Origin: a virus
Direction: 5' to 3' (one strand)
UHGV virus genome: UHGV-0404708
DNA length: 39,970 bases
The notes below the pieces were generated by a model, which ran no database searches, was not told the origin of the DNA, and saw only the letters and a program-made list of their open reading frames with translations. Positions 1 to 10,760 of this stretch are shown here, piece after piece (the first letter of the stretch is position 1; every line of letters starts with the position of its first letter). The position numbers were made by a program, and so were the translations under genes.

Positions 1-148
1 AGAATATCTGAACACCACCGGGCTGGGTAATCACCCTGATCTGGTCAAAACGTTCGTGAAAATCGGAAAGGCGATGTCTGAAGATGGCATGGTCACCGGT
101 GGTAATGAAGGCCAGCGTAGTGCGGCCGAAGTGCTCTATGGCAAATAA
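1..148 (+). CDS. scaffolding protein, 3' portion (ORF enters from window start)
   Basis: Open frame from nt 2 to TAA 146-148 with no start in window; sits immediately 5' of the capsid gene; in frame with the ORF that runs off the window end (2 nt + 1 nt = codon AAA). Confidence 0.6.
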   Translation, partial: EYLNTTGLGNHPDLVKTFVKIGKAMSEDGMVTGGNEGQRSAAEVLYGK

Positions 149-162
149 GAGAGGAAATGACA

Positions 163-1149
163 ATGGCTGTTAAAGGCTTAACTGCGCTAACGCTGGCTGA
201 CTGGGGTAAGCGCGTCGATCCAAACGGGAAAGTCGATAAGATTATCGAGCTTCTCAGTCAAACCAACCCAATCCTTCAGGATATGCCTTTTGTTGAAGGA
301 AACCTTCCTACCGGACACCGAACCACCATTCGTTCTGGTTTGCCTTCCGCTACTTGGCGTTTGCTGAACTATGGCGTACAACCGAGCAAATCAACAACGG
401 TGCAGGTCACTGATTCCATTGGCATGCTGGAAACCTATGCTGAAGTCGATAAGTCTCTGGCTGATCTGAACGGTAATACTGCCGAATTCCGCCTGTCTGA
501 AGACCGAGCATTTATTGAAGCGATGAATCAGGCGATGGCGCAGACGCTGTTTTACGGTGATTCCAGCGTTAACCCTCAGCAGTTTATGGGACTGTCCTCC
601 CGCTATTCCAGCCTGTCTGCGGGTAATGCTCAGAACATCATTGATGCTGGTGGCACGGGTACAGATAACACTTCAATCTGGTTAGTGGTGTGGGGCGAAA
701 ACACCGTGCATGGCATCTTCCCGAAAGGGCAGAAGGCTGGCATCCAGATGGAAGATAAAGGCCAGGTGACACTGGAAGATGCTAATGGCGGCAAGTACGA
801 AGGCTACCGTACCCATTACAAATGGGACAACGGACTTGCTCTGCGTGACTGGCGTTATGTTGTTCGCATTGCAAACATCGATGTCAGCAATCTTTCAGAA
901 CCTTCCTCTGCCGCAAATATTGCGAAGTTGATGGTTAAAGCACTGCATCGCATTCCAAATCGTGGCATGGGTCGCCCGGTGTTCTACATGAACCGCACTG
1001 TAGGCCAGGCTCTTGATCTGCAATCTCTGGAGAAAACATCTCTGGCGATCAGCGTAAAAGAGACAGAAGGCGAGTGGTGGACTTCATTCCGTGGTGTACC
1101 AATCCGTGAAACTGATGCGCTTCTGGAAACAGAAGCCCGCGTGGTGTAA
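163..1149 (+). CDS. major capsid protein
   Basis: Track ORF 157..1149; ATG 163 preferred for spacing from SD GAGAGG (149-154); size and position (after scaffold, before tail genes) typical of podovirus major capsid; family call from memory only. Confidence 0.75.
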   Translation: MAVKGLTALTLADWGKRVDPNGKVDKIIELLSQTNPILQDMPFVEGNLPTGHRTTIRSGLPSATWRLLNYGVQPSKSTTVQVTDSIGMLETYAEVDKSLADLNGNTAEFRLSEDRAFIEAMNQAMAQTLFYGDSSVNPQQFMGLSSRYSSLSAGNAQNIIDAGGTGTDNTSIWLVVWGENTVHGIFPKGQKAGIQMEDKGQVTLEDANGGKYEGYRTHYKWDNGLALRDWRYVVRIANIDVSNLSEPSSAANIAKLMVKALHRIPNRGMGRPVFYMNRTVGQALDLQSLEKTSLAISVKETEGEWWTSFRGVPIRETDALLETEARVV

Positions 1150-1200
1150 CGCCTGTTATTAACCTGTGGGTCGTAACAGACCCACTAATGGAGAAAGAAG

Positions 1201-1638
1201 ATGATCACCGACAAACTGTTGATGTTCTCCGAAGCTCAGGCGGTTACGAATACCGCGGCTTCTACTGACGTAATCGATCTCGGTCCAATTGATGGAAACC
1301 GTCGCGATATCGGCGTGGGTTATCCGCTTGAGTTTTGGGTGCTGGTTAACGAAGCCGCCACGGCAAGTGGTGAGGCAACTGTAAACATCCAGTTGCAGAC
1401 GAGTGAGAATAACAGCTCATGGTCCACTATTTATGATAGTGGCGCACTGGCAAAGGCCACCCTGACAGCAGGTAAGCGAGTTGTTTCTGCAAAGGTGCCA
1501 GCCGGTGTTCAGCGATATCTGCGTGTTAACTACTCCGTCGCAACTGGCCCACTAACGGCTGGAAAATTCACTGCGGGTATCAGTCTGGATGTTGATGCCA
1601 ATACGCCGTACCCGATCCGCTCAAAAGTAACTGGTTAA
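1201..1638 (+). CDS. hypothetical virion protein (possible capsid decoration)
   Basis: 145-aa ORF with SD-like GGAGAAAG before ATG; Thr/Ala/Gly/Val-rich; directly after capsid gene. Confidence 0.6.
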   Translation: MITDKLLMFSEAQAVTNTAASTDVIDLGPIDGNRRDIGVGYPLEFWVLVNEAATASGEATVNIQLQTSENNSSWSTIYDSGALAKATLTAGKRVVSAKVPAGVQRYLRVNYSVATGPLTAGKFTAGISLDVDANTPYPIRSKVTG

Positions 1639-1648
1639 GGTGATATCG

Positions 1649-1984
1649 ATGTCAGGTGAGAAACCAAGATACCGCGTTCTGCGCCTCTCTCATATCCATA
1701 ACACACTGTGGCCTGAGGGGGCAGAAATCGAATACGAAGGTGAGCCTGGTAGCGCACTGGAACCTGTTAACGATGCAGCCAGACAGGCAAAAGCAAAGGT
1801 AGCAGGAAAGGTGTCTATGGCAGCAACCAGCACCAAAATCATCAACGATATGTCAGATGATGGTGAACTGCATAGGCTCCGTGAAGAGTACGAATTGCTC
1901 TTTAACGAGAAGCCACACCATAACGCCAAAGCCGAAACGCTCCGCGAGAAGATCGCACATAAGCGTAAAGAACTGGGCGTGTAA
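1649..1984 (+). CDS. hypothetical head-associated protein
   Basis: Track ORF 1640..1984; ATG 1649 preferred (SD AAGGTGA); followed by a terminator. Confidence 0.55.
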   Translation: MSGEKPRYRVLRLSHIHNTLWPEGAEIEYEGEPGSALEPVNDAARQAKAKVAGKVSMAATSTKIINDMSDDGELHRLREEYELLFNEKPHHNAKAETLREKIAHKRKELGV

Positions 1985-2001
1985 GCCTCGCGAATCAGAC
2001 A

Positions 2002-2022
2002 AGGGGCTTCGGCCCCTTTATT
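2002..2022 (+). terminator. rho-independent terminator after capsid block
   Basis: GGGGC-TTCG-GCCCC stem-loop followed by TTTATT. Confidence 0.65.
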
Positions 2023-2034
2023 GCAGGAGTGTAT

Positions 2035-2358
2035 ATGGAACTCGTAAACCTCAAAACCGGCACTGACAGCTACCAGGATGAGAGCGGAGAAACCAGAACT
2101 CGCGATGAATACCCGTGGGGGCTGTGCATCACTCTTAATAACGACACATTGAATAAGCTGAAGGCGCAACCTCAGGGCGTCGGAACAGAAGTGATGATAA
2201 CTGCAAAGGCTGTTATTCGAGGCCTGTCTGCCAGAGAAACTGACGATGGTGTTAATCGCAGCGCCGATCTGCAGATCACTGATATGGCGATCGCTCCTGT
2301 TTCCGGGGATGTAGAAAAATCAGCGGCTGAAACTCTGTACGGCAATGGGGGGGAGTAA
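2035..2358 (+). CDS. hypothetical structural protein
   Basis: Track ORF 2029..2358 (GTG); ATG 2035 preceded by AGGAG; stop overlaps next start (TAATG). Confidence 0.55.
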   Translation: MELVNLKTGTDSYQDESGETRTRDEYPWGLCITLNNDTLNKLKAQPQGVGTEVMITAKAVIRGLSARETDDGVNRSADLQITDMAIAPVSGDVEKSAAETLYGNGGE

Positions 2359-2963
2359 TGGCCTCTGTAGTAGAGATCTGCAATCGTGCGCTGTCCAATA
2401 TTGGCAACAGCCGCAGCATTAACAGCCTGACGGAAGCCAGCAAGGAAGCGGGGGAATGTTCGCTGCACTTTGAGGCCTGCCGTGATGCTGTTCTTTCTGA
2501 TTTTGACTGGAACTTTGCTACCAAACGCGTGGCGCTTGCAGATACGAGCAATCCACCGCCTGACTGGGAATATGCGTACCAGTACCCGTCCGATTGTCTG
2601 CGCATTACTGAAATTATGCTTCCTGGCGTACGCAATCCAACAGCAGCAATGCGCGTTCAGTACGAAGTTGGTGCAGACACCAACGGAACAGGAAAATTGA
2701 TCTACACAGACCAGCCTCAGGCATGGCTCAAGTATGTCTCTCGCGTTACAGATGTAAACATGTTTGATGCCATTTTTATGGAGGCGCTGGCCTGGCGTCT
2801 TGCGGCAGCCATTAACATGGCGCTGACTGGAAATGCGGATCTCGGTACATTTGCTCTCAATATGTACAATCGCGTGATTCTTAGTGCTGGCTCGCATAGC
2901 CAGAATGAATCACAGGAACCACAGCCACCGGTTGACGAGTTTACCATTGCGAGGTTGTCCTGA
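2358..2963 (+). CDS. tail tubular protein A-like (gatekeeper/adaptor)
   Basis: 201 aa; N-terminal pattern resembles T7 gp11-type proteins; immediately upstream of the 823-aa tube B-like gene. Confidence 0.6.
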   Translation: MASVVEICNRALSNIGNSRSINSLTEASKEAGECSLHFEACRDAVLSDFDWNFATKRVALADTSNPPPDWEYAYQYPSDCLRITEIMLPGVRNPTAAMRVQYEVGADTNGTGKLIYTDQPQAWLKYVSRVTDVNMFDAIFMEALAWRLAAAINMALTGNADLGTFALNMYNRVILSAGSHSQNESQEPQPPVDEFTIARLS

Positions 2964-5434
2964 TGGCTATCAGTTGGATCCAGCCCAGCTTTGCCGGTGG
3001 TGAGATTGGACCGTCGTTGTACGGTCGTATCGACATGGCGAAGTACCAGGTGGCATTGCGCAAGTGCGATAACTTTATCGTGCGGCAGTATGGGGGTGTT
3101 GAGAATCGACCAGGTACGCGTTTTGTCGGTGCCGCCAAATACCCAAATCGGAAATGCCGCCTGATCCCGTTCCAGTTCTCGACGGTTCAGACTTATGCTC
3201 TGGAGTTCGGACACCAGTACATGCGCGTTATCAAAGATGGTGCGTTGGTGCTGAACAGCAGCAATGTTATTTATGAAATTGCCACGCCATATACTGAAGC
3301 CGATCTGTTCCGAATTAAATTCACGCAAAGCGCAGACGTGCTTACGCTTGTTCATCCGGCATACCCGCCGAAAGAGTTGCGTCGCTATGCGCATGACAAC
3401 TGGCAACTGGTTGATGTGGTAACGAAGAACGGACCATTTGAAGATATCAATATTGACGAGTCAGTGACGGTTTATGCCAGCGCCAGCACCGGGACAATTA
3501 CGTTAACGGCAAGCGCCTCTATTTTTGGCGCGGAGCAGGTAGGCAAATTGTTCTATCTGGAACAGCCTGCTGTGGATTCTGTGCCGGTATGGGAAACCAG
3601 TAAGAGTACGTCGATTGGCGATATTCGCCGTGCAGACAGTAACTACTATCGCGCCGTTACAGCAGGCAAAACAGGCACTTTGCGCCCTTCGCATACAGAA
3701 GGCACATCATGGGATGGCTGGGGCGGCTCCGGTGATGATGATACTGGCATTGAGTGGGAGTATCTGCACAGTGGTTTTGGCATTGCCCGTATAACTGCTG
3801 TAAATGGCACCTCAGCAACTGCCGAGGTGATTTCCTATATCCCTTCGCAGGTAGTTGGCGAGGATAATGCCAGCTATAAATGGGCTAAATATGCCTGGAA
3901 CAGTATTAACGGTTATCCTGGCACTGTTGTTTATTATCAACAACGTCTTTACTTCGCCGCATCGACTGCGTTCCCTCAGACTATCTGGGCCAGCCGTACT
4001 GGGGATTATAAGGATTTTGGCAAAAGCAATCCTACGCAGGATGACGACAGAATTATCTACACCTATGCCGGGCGTCAGGTTAATGAGATCCGCCACCTGA
4101 TTGATGTTGGTTCGCTGGTAGCGCTGACTTCCGGAGGTGAGTACGTCATCACCGGCGACCAGAACAAAGTATTAACCCCATCATCATTTGCATTCAGCTC
4201 TCAGGGATCAAATGGCTCGAGCAATGTCCCACCAATTGCCGTGGCGAATATTGCTCTGTTCGTCCAGGAGAAAGGCAGTGTTGTCCGTGATCTGGCCTAC
4301 TCATTCGATGTTGACGGCTATCAGGGGAACGACCTGACCATCCTTGCCAATCATCTTTTTCAGAAGCACAGCATTGTTGACTGGTGCTTCTCTATTGTCC
4401 CTTACTCCAGCGCCTTCTGCATTCGTGATGACGGTAAATTACTGGTGATGACCTATTTGCGTGATCAGCAGGTTTTTGCATGGGCACCACAATCCAGTAC
4501 CGGAAAATATGAAAGCACATGCAGTATCAGCGAAGGCAATGAAGATGCGGTGTATTTCGTCGTTAACCGAACCGTTAACGGGCAAACAGTGAGATACATC
4601 GAGCGGCTGTCCAGCCGTTTATTTACCAGCGATGAAGATGCTTTCTTTGTTGATTCTGGCCTTAGCTATGATGGAAGAAATACGTCTGACAGAACGATGA
4701 CCATCACTGGTGGTTCTGGTGAATGGGATTACCGTGCGGAATATACAATCAGTGTTTCTGGTGGTGCGTACTTCACCAGTAGTGATGTCGGTGCGCAACT
4801 ACAGTTCCCTTATACCGGAACTGATCCTGATACTGGCGATGAAGTGTCAAAAGAATTACGTTGCGACATTATTTCTGTAACCAGCAATACCGCTGTAGTG
4901 GTTCGTCCTAACAGGAACGTCCCGCCATCCCTCAGGAATGTGGCCACCACGAACTGGCAGATGGCGCGCCGGACATTTGGCGGCTTGTCTCATCTTGAAG
5001 GTCAGACCGTAAACATCCTCTCTGATGCGAACGTGGAACCACAGAAAGTAGTTTCCGGAGGTGCCGTCACGCTGGAATCTCCGGGGGCTGTAGTGCACAT
5101 CGGCCTGCCAATAACTGCTGAATTCGAAACACTGGATATCAACATTAACGGACAGGAAACGCTGCTGGACAAAAAACAGGTGATCCCGTCAGTTACTCTG
5201 GTTGTGAATGCCAGTCGCGGCATCTGGGCGACTACGCCCGGCGGTAAATGGTACGAATATCCACAGCGTGAATTCGAGTTCTACGATGATCCTGTTGATG
5301 ATGCTACCGGAAAAGTAGAAGTGAAGCTGGACAGTAACTGGGGCAAAAACGGACGTGTAAAAATCCGTCAGCTTGACCCGTTGCCGCTGTCTGTTCTTGC
5401 CGTTATTCCTCGCCTTACTGTTGGGGGATTCTGA
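2963..5434 (+). CDS. tail tubular protein B-like (nozzle)
   Basis: 823 aa; size, position and N-terminus (MA-IS...GGE) consistent with T7 gp12-type proteins; not searched. Confidence 0.55.
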   Translation: MAISWIQPSFAGGEIGPSLYGRIDMAKYQVALRKCDNFIVRQYGGVENRPGTRFVGAAKYPNRKCRLIPFQFSTVQTYALEFGHQYMRVIKDGALVLNSSNVIYEIATPYTEADLFRIKFTQSADVLTLVHPAYPPKELRRYAHDNWQLVDVVTKNGPFEDINIDESVTVYASASTGTITLTASASIFGAEQVGKLFYLEQPAVDSVPVWETSKSTSIGDIRRADSNYYRAVTAGKTGTLRPSHTEGTSWDGWGGSGDDDTGIEWEYLHSGFGIARITAVNGTSATAEVISYIPSQVVGEDNASYKWAKYAWNSINGYPGTVVYYQQRLYFAASTAFPQTIWASRTGDYKDFGKSNPTQDDDRIIYTYAGRQVNEIRHLIDVGSLVALTSGGEYVITGDQNKVLTPSSFAFSSQGSNGSSNVPPIAVANIALFVQEKGSVVRDLAYSFDVDGYQGNDLTILANHLFQKHSIVDWCFSIVPYSSAFCIRDDGKLLVMTYLRDQQVFAWAPQSSTGKYESTCSISEGNEDAVYFVVNRTVNGQTVRYIERLSSRLFTSDEDAFFVDSGLSYDGRNTSDRTMTITGGSGEWDYRAEYTISVSGGAYFTSSDVGAQLQFPYTGTDPDTGDEVSKELRCDIISVTSNTAVVVRPNRNVPPSLRNVATTNWQMARRTFGGLSHLEGQTVNILSDANVEPQKVVSGGAVTLESPGAVVHIGLPITAEFETLDININGQETLLDKKQVIPSVTLVVNASRGIWATTPGGKWYEYPQREFEFYDDPVDDATGKVEVKLDSNWGKNGRVKIRQLDPLPLSVLAVIPRLTVGGF

Positions 5435-5898
5435 TGATCTATGTTCAAATTATTCCCGCAACCGAAGAGCATCTTCAGATGATTTTGCCGGATGTTCGTC
5501 AGGCTGATATTGACGAACTGTATGCGGTATCACTGATGACTACCGAAGATGCGCTGCGTGTTGGTCTGCGTACTGCGACTATGGCCTGGTCAGGATTTGC
5601 GAACGGAGAACTGGTAACCATGTTTGGCGTATCTCCGGCGTCAATGATCGGTGGCAATGGTACGCCATGGCTGGTCGGAACCAGCCGTATTGAAAAATAT
5701 CAGAAGACATTTCTTCGCCACTGCCGACCTGTATTGCAGCAGATGCTGGCAGTTTATCCGCGCCTGGAAAACTACGTCGACGAGCGAAACCATGTTGCCA
5801 AAGCATGGCTGCACTGGCTTGGATTCAGGCTTGAAGAAGCCGCGCCTTATGGTGCTCTTGGTCTTAATTTCCACAGATTTCACATGGAGAGAAAATAA
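5434..5898 (+). CDS. hypothetical virion/assembly protein
   Basis: 154-aa ORF; TGATG overlap with upstream stop. Confidence 0.6.
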   Translation: MIYVQIIPATEEHLQMILPDVRQADIDELYAVSLMTTEDALRVGLRTATMAWSGFANGELVTMFGVSPASMIGGNGTPWLVGTSRIEKYQKTFLRHCRPVLQQMLAVYPRLENYVDERNHVAKAWLHWLGFRLEEAAPYGALGLNFHRFHMERK

Positions 5899-6443
5899 TG
5901 TGCGATCCGGTTATTGCTGGTGGCGCAATGCTCGCCATGAGTGGCATTCAGGCATACACCCAGTACCAACAGGGAAAGTATGCCTCGAAGGTTGCAGAAG
6001 CGAACGCAGATATAGCCACAGCTCAGGCAAATGATGCAATAAACAGAGGTAACGCTGAAGCTGAGCAACGGCGCAGAGAGACCCGACAGCGGCTTGGTAC
6101 ACAGGCGGCGACAATGGGGGCTACCGGCGCTGATTTATCTACAGGTAACGCGCTGGATATATTTGGCGACACTGCCCAGTTTGGCGCTCTTGATTCGCTG
6201 ACGACGGTGAATAACGCGCAACGCGAGGCTTACGGTTATCAGGTTCAGGCTGCTAACTATAAAGCAGAAGCCAGTTCAGCCCGTAAACAGGGGAATGTGG
6301 GAGCAGCAACAACATTGCTCACTGCTCCTCTGAAGGCATACGGTGCGTACCAGATGTTTGGTGGGACGTGGAGTCCGTTTACTCAAAGCACTCCTGCGCC
6401 AATCGGGGCAGCAGCAGGAACCAGATTACCCGGAGGATTATAA
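5898..6443 (+). CDS. internal virion protein (gp14-like position)
   Basis: 181 aa, Ala/Gly/Gln-rich; TAATG overlap with upstream gene. Confidence 0.55.
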   Translation: MCDPVIAGGAMLAMSGIQAYTQYQQGKYASKVAEANADIATAQANDAINRGNAEAEQRRRETRQRLGTQAATMGATGADLSTGNALDIFGDTAQFGALDSLTTVNNAQREAYGYQVQAANYKAEASSARKQGNVGAATTLLTAPLKAYGAYQMFGGTWSPFTQSTPAPIGAAAGTRLPGGL

Positions 6444-8956
6444 TGCCAGTCGTACCAACAGTATCCGGACGCCAGGTTGAGAGCCGTGGAGTTCAGTCAG
6501 CAGGCTTGCAGACGTTTTCTCAGCCAGGTATTGGTGATGCTTTTGTTCGGGCAGGGACAGAGGCAATTGATGTTTTGGGGCAGGCAAAACAGCGTGCCAA
6601 TATCGCTCTGGCTCAGGAGGCATCTCTTAACCTCAGTCAGATAAGCAGTGATCTGCTGAATAACCCTGAAACAGGTTTGCTTAACCTGAAAGGGAAAAAT
6701 GCTATTGGAAAAGGTCAGGAGTATACGCAGCAGTTTGATGCTCAGGTCGAACAACTGGCTATGTCGCTGCCGGATGAACAGGCTCGTAATGCTTTCATGC
6801 AGCAGGCGCAGCAGCAGCGCATTCAGTTCACTACGCAGGCCGGGCGGCACGAGATAGGGCAAATAAATGCCTACGAAGAAGGCCAGTTTCAGGCGACACT
6901 GCTGAACAATGGTAAAAATGCCGCAGCATTGTATGGCGACAACGCCGCATATGTATTGGCTAATAAGCAAACTTTCCAGCAAATTGAGGATTACGGCATT
7001 GCACATGGCTGGAGTGACGAGCAAATCCAGGCCAAGAAAATCGAGTTTAAAGAAGCAACAGCAAAAGCAACTGCTCAAAATGCTATTGGAGCAAACTATC
7101 TTCAGGTAAGACAGCAAAACGGCGAGTTAAGCGATACTGCTGCTGGATCTCGCCGTGCTGTAGCAGATAGTGGATCTTCCGATCGTACCCGCGGTATACG
7201 CAACAATAACCCCGGAAATCTTGAATACAGCAAAACTAATCCGTGGGTTGGGCAGACTGGTGATGATGGTCGCTTTGCCAAATTCGAAACCCCTGAACAC
7301 GGTATTCGTGCATTAGGGCGGAACCTGATGTCGTATCAGCGGCAGGGTATTGATACCGTCAGTGAGATAATTAATCGCTGGGCACCGCCCACTGATAAAA
7401 ATGACACAATGTCGTATATCAAAGCAGTGTGCGAACAACTTGGCGTTTCTGCTGATGAGCCTCTCGATGCATCTAATCCGGATACCCTGAAGGCGCTTTG
7501 TGCAGCCATTATCCATCATGAAAACGGTAGCCAGCCATACAGTGATCAGCAGTTAACTGCTGGTGTTAGTGCCGCGCTGGGGCTTTCTCAGCTACCGACA
7601 AAAAATAAACGTTATACCGGTGTAGCCTGGTTCGATGCTTTAAGTGAATCAGATCAGGCCAGCGTGTTGCGACAGACTGATGCACTAGCCAGACAACAGC
7701 AGGCTGAATATAAAACGATGCTCGACAGCCGGGTTCGCGATGCGACGGCTGCGTATATGCGTGGCGTTGAATTTCCTAACCCACCTGGTGAGGATGATTT
7801 TATTGCAGCTTATGGAGTCAGAGAAGGAAACCTGCGATATACCGAGTTTAAGAATACGCAGATCGCCGGACAGTATATAGGCTCTTTCCGCAACATGCCG
7901 ACAAGCAGCATTACAGCATATGTTGAGCAATTACGCCCGGATACTGGTGATACAGGGGATGGGTATGCGGCACGCGCAGCTCTTTATGACAACGTTGTTT
8001 CGGCTGCAAATCAGGTGATAAAGCAGCGGCAGTCGGATCCTGTGCAGTTCTCTCTTGCCTCCGGACAGGCAAAGCCTATCGACATGAGCAATAAGGATAA
8101 CTTTGGACAGAGCGTTGCCTTGCGTGCCGCTCAGGTCAGTGACCTTGCTAAGTCATATGGCACTCCACTGACGTTCTTTTCCAAAGACGAGGCCAATCAG
8201 ATCGGTGTTTTCTTTCGTGATGCTCCAGTTTCCCAACAGGCAGCATATCTCGACACCATCAGGCAGAGCACTGGTGGTGGGCAGGTGTATATGTCAGCAC
8301 TACAGCAGATCAGTGCCAACGCTCCATCTGCTGCCGTTGCCGGGATACTGATGGATAAGCCTGGTGGTATTTTGGCAGAAAAAAACTGGTTTAATCCGGA
8401 TGTTTCCGTGTCTCCTGAAACCGCTGCGCAGACAATTCTTGCTGGCGCGGCGGCTCGTAAAGGTGCTGATGATGCGAAAGGTATTCCGATGCCTAAAGAT
8501 GCTGATCTTCGCCTTGAGTTTTCTGACATGGTGAAGGATGCATTTGCTGGTGACGCTCATGGGGCATCAATGGCATACGAGATCGCAAAGGATTATTACG
8601 CTGGTGTGATGGCGAAAAAAGGCGTGGTATCAGGAGAAATTGACAATGATGTCTGGAAACAGGCTGTTAACGTAGCTACAGGTGGCGTGCATGACTATAA
8701 CGGAATGGGGAATGTCCTTTTGCCGTGGGGAATGTCTGCAGAGCAATTCGATAAGCAGGTTAATCAGGCTTGGAATGAACAAGTTGTCGGCTCCGGGATA
8801 AAAACACCGCCTGGTCAGTATGGTTTGCAAAGTTACGGCGATAGTCAGTACCTGGTGAAACTTGGTACTGGTTATCTGCTGAAAGATGATGGTTCTCCCG
8901 TTGTTCTTAATCTGACACAGAAGCGTCAGAGATTCTCCGGAGATATTCCGCAATGA
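6443..8956 (+). CDS. internal virion/core protein with possible cell-wall hydrolase domain
   Basis: Track ORF 6368..8956; ATG 6443 overlaps upstream stop (TAATG); central block with NNPGNL...WAPP motifs (about nt 7180-7560). Confidence 0.55.
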   Translation: MPVVPTVSGRQVESRGVQSAGLQTFSQPGIGDAFVRAGTEAIDVLGQAKQRANIALAQEASLNLSQISSDLLNNPETGLLNLKGKNAIGKGQEYTQQFDAQVEQLAMSLPDEQARNAFMQQAQQQRIQFTTQAGRHEIGQINAYEEGQFQATLLNNGKNAAALYGDNAAYVLANKQTFQQIEDYGIAHGWSDEQIQAKKIEFKEATAKATAQNAIGANYLQVRQQNGELSDTAAGSRRAVADSGSSDRTRGIRNNNPGNLEYSKTNPWVGQTGDDGRFAKFETPEHGIRALGRNLMSYQRQGIDTVSEIINRWAPPTDKNDTMSYIKAVCEQLGVSADEPLDASNPDTLKALCAAIIHHENGSQPYSDQQLTAGVSAALGLSQLPTKNKRYTGVAWFDALSESDQASVLRQTDALARQQQAEYKTMLDSRVRDATAAYMRGVEFPNPPGEDDFIAAYGVREGNLRYTEFKNTQIAGQYIGSFRNMPTSSITAYVEQLRPDTGDTGDGYAARAALYDNVVSAANQVIKQRQSDPVQFSLASGQAKPIDMSNKDNFGQSVALRAAQVSDLAKSYGTPLTFFSKDEANQIGVFFRDAPVSQQAAYLDTIRQSTGGGQVYMSALQQISANAPSAAVAGILMDKPGGILAEKNWFNPDVSVSPETAAQTILAGAAARKGADDAKGIPMPKDADLRLEFSDMVKDAFAGDAHGASMAYEIAKDYYAGVMAKKGVVSGEIDNDVWKQAVNVATGGVHDYNGMGNVLLPWGMSAEQFDKQVNQAWNEQVVGSGIKTPPGQYGLQSYGDSQYLVKLGTGYLLKDDGSPVVLNLTQKRQRFSGDIPQ

Positions 8957-10755
8957 GTTACTTTGGCCTTAATCCAGTAAACCAGAATCAGCAGCTTGAC
9001 GAAGCAGCATCAAATCCAGCTGGCTTTAACAGCGATGTTGGTTTTTTCGACAATGCTGTAGGAGCGGCATTGTCTGGTTTGTACTCCGGGCTGGTGGCAA
9101 AGCCAGATCAGTTGCTATGGGCAGGAATGGATAAAATCGTATCCCCGATTGCTCAGTTTGTTAACGAAAACACCTCGCTCAATGACACTTCAGTTTCATA
9201 CATTGCTGAGCAGAGAAAACTAGCAGAGCAGCAGGTTAAGCGGCTGACGCCTGATGCCGCGACAACCGGAACCGCCGGGCAGGTCCTTTATGGGTTGTTC
9301 GATATGGGCGGGCAGGCTGTTGTCGGTACAACGCTCGGTGGTCCGGTCGGAGGTGCTGCGGCGGTAACTTCTCTACAGGGTTTTTCTGAGTTTGAACGGC
9401 TGACAGCACAGGGTGTTGATTTCAGGACGGCGCAGGAAGCAGGATTAGTGCAGGGTATTACTGCTGGTGCCGGAACACTGATCCCAATGAGCCTCGGGTT
9501 ACGTGCTGGCGGTGCGCTGGCGGAAGGTGTGGCGGCTCAGCTTGCGCGGACGGGTGAAAGTTCAGTGCGACGCGCCGCAGCAACAGCAGTACGTGCAACG
9601 CCAGATATTGCCTATGCCGCAGGTACAAATATTGCGTTCGGTATGGCACAGCGTGGGCTTACTGCAAAAACGCTTCGTGATGGTGGCTATAGCGAAATGG
9701 CTAACCAGTATGATGTGTTGGATCGACAGGCAATTGCTATTGATGCTGTTCTTGGGGTGGCGTTTGGTGGTGTCGGCAGATTTATTAACTCTCGCAGCGA
9801 GTCTACAAGCGCACCAAATTTTTCACCAGTTGATATCGATGCTGCACTGGCGGCGAATGCCTCTCATCATGCTGAAATTGATATTGCTCCCGGCGTTCCG
9901 ATCAACGTGCTTTCGCGTAATTCGCACATTCAGGCTCTGCGAAAAGCCATGTCTGATGTTAGCCAGGGGAGACCTGTAGACGTTGCCAGCATTGTTGAGT
10001 CTGCATCTTTCAGTGAAATTCCTGGGCGCAAGAGTCTGCTGTCTCAGGCAGTTAATGAGGCTCTGTCATCTGTAGATGATGGAGTAACGGCGCGCGCTAT
10101 AGAAAATCGGTTGCTTGAAGAACAGGCCGCGCAGCTTTTGCCGCGTGGAGATAGACAGGTTTACCAGTCTGAAATCGCTAATAGCCAACGAATTATTGAA
10201 AATTTCACTGAACAGCGTGCACAAATTCTTGCAGAAGAGCCAACCGGTAGCGGTAAAGCTTTGTCTCGTGCTCGATCAGATAAACAGGCCAGACTTCGCG
10301 ATATTGATCAACGAATCCGGCAGGCACAAGAACGCCTGGAATTTTCCCGTAACGCGTTGGCACCGCACGAGCCTGGCGGTCAGTTTTTTGAAGCTCGAGC
10401 AGAACTGGCTCGGAGACAGCAGGCAGAAAGTGAACTTAATGCTCAGGCTGTTTCATTCTATAAAACAGCAGAGGTCAGGACGCCAGACGAAGTAGCTCCT
10501 TTTGAGCCTGATAAAATATTGCAACAGGCAGAACAAAAAATGATGTCAGATCAGGCAGGAGATATTGATCTGCGCATAGCTGAAGACTCGCTGCTTGAAT
10601 CACCTGACATGATAATCACCGTGCTGGATGATGATGGTAATCCACAATCGCGCAGTGCGCGTGAAGTACTGGATGAAGCGAACAGGGAAAGTGAGCAGGC
10701 AATACAGGATTCCAGCCTGTTTGATGTCGCTGTGGCGTGTTTCTTGAGAGGTTAA
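8953..10755 (+). CDS. internal virion/core protein
   Basis: 600 aa; Gly/Ala-rich N-terminal half, coiled-coil-like C-terminal half; ATGA overlap with upstream stop. Confidence 0.55.
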   Translation: MSYFGLNPVNQNQQLDEAASNPAGFNSDVGFFDNAVGAALSGLYSGLVAKPDQLLWAGMDKIVSPIAQFVNENTSLNDTSVSYIAEQRKLAEQQVKRLTPDAATTGTAGQVLYGLFDMGGQAVVGTTLGGPVGGAAAVTSLQGFSEFERLTAQGVDFRTAQEAGLVQGITAGAGTLIPMSLGLRAGGALAEGVAAQLARTGESSVRRAAATAVRATPDIAYAAGTNIAFGMAQRGLTAKTLRDGGYSEMANQYDVLDRQAIAIDAVLGVAFGGVGRFINSRSESTSAPNFSPVDIDAALAANASHHAEIDIAPGVPINVLSRNSHIQALRKAMSDVSQGRPVDVASIVESASFSEIPGRKSLLSQAVNEALSSVDDGVTARAIENRLLEEQAAQLLPRGDRQVYQSEIANSQRIIENFTEQRAQILAEEPTGSGKALSRARSDKQARLRDIDQRIRQAQERLEFSRNALAPHEPGGQFFEARAELARRQQAESELNAQAVSFYKTAEVRTPDEVAPFEPDKILQQAEQKMMSDQAGDIDLRIAEDSLLESPDMIITVLDDDGNPQSRSAREVLDEANRESEQAIQDSSLFDVAVACFLRG

Positions 10756-10760
10756 ATTAA

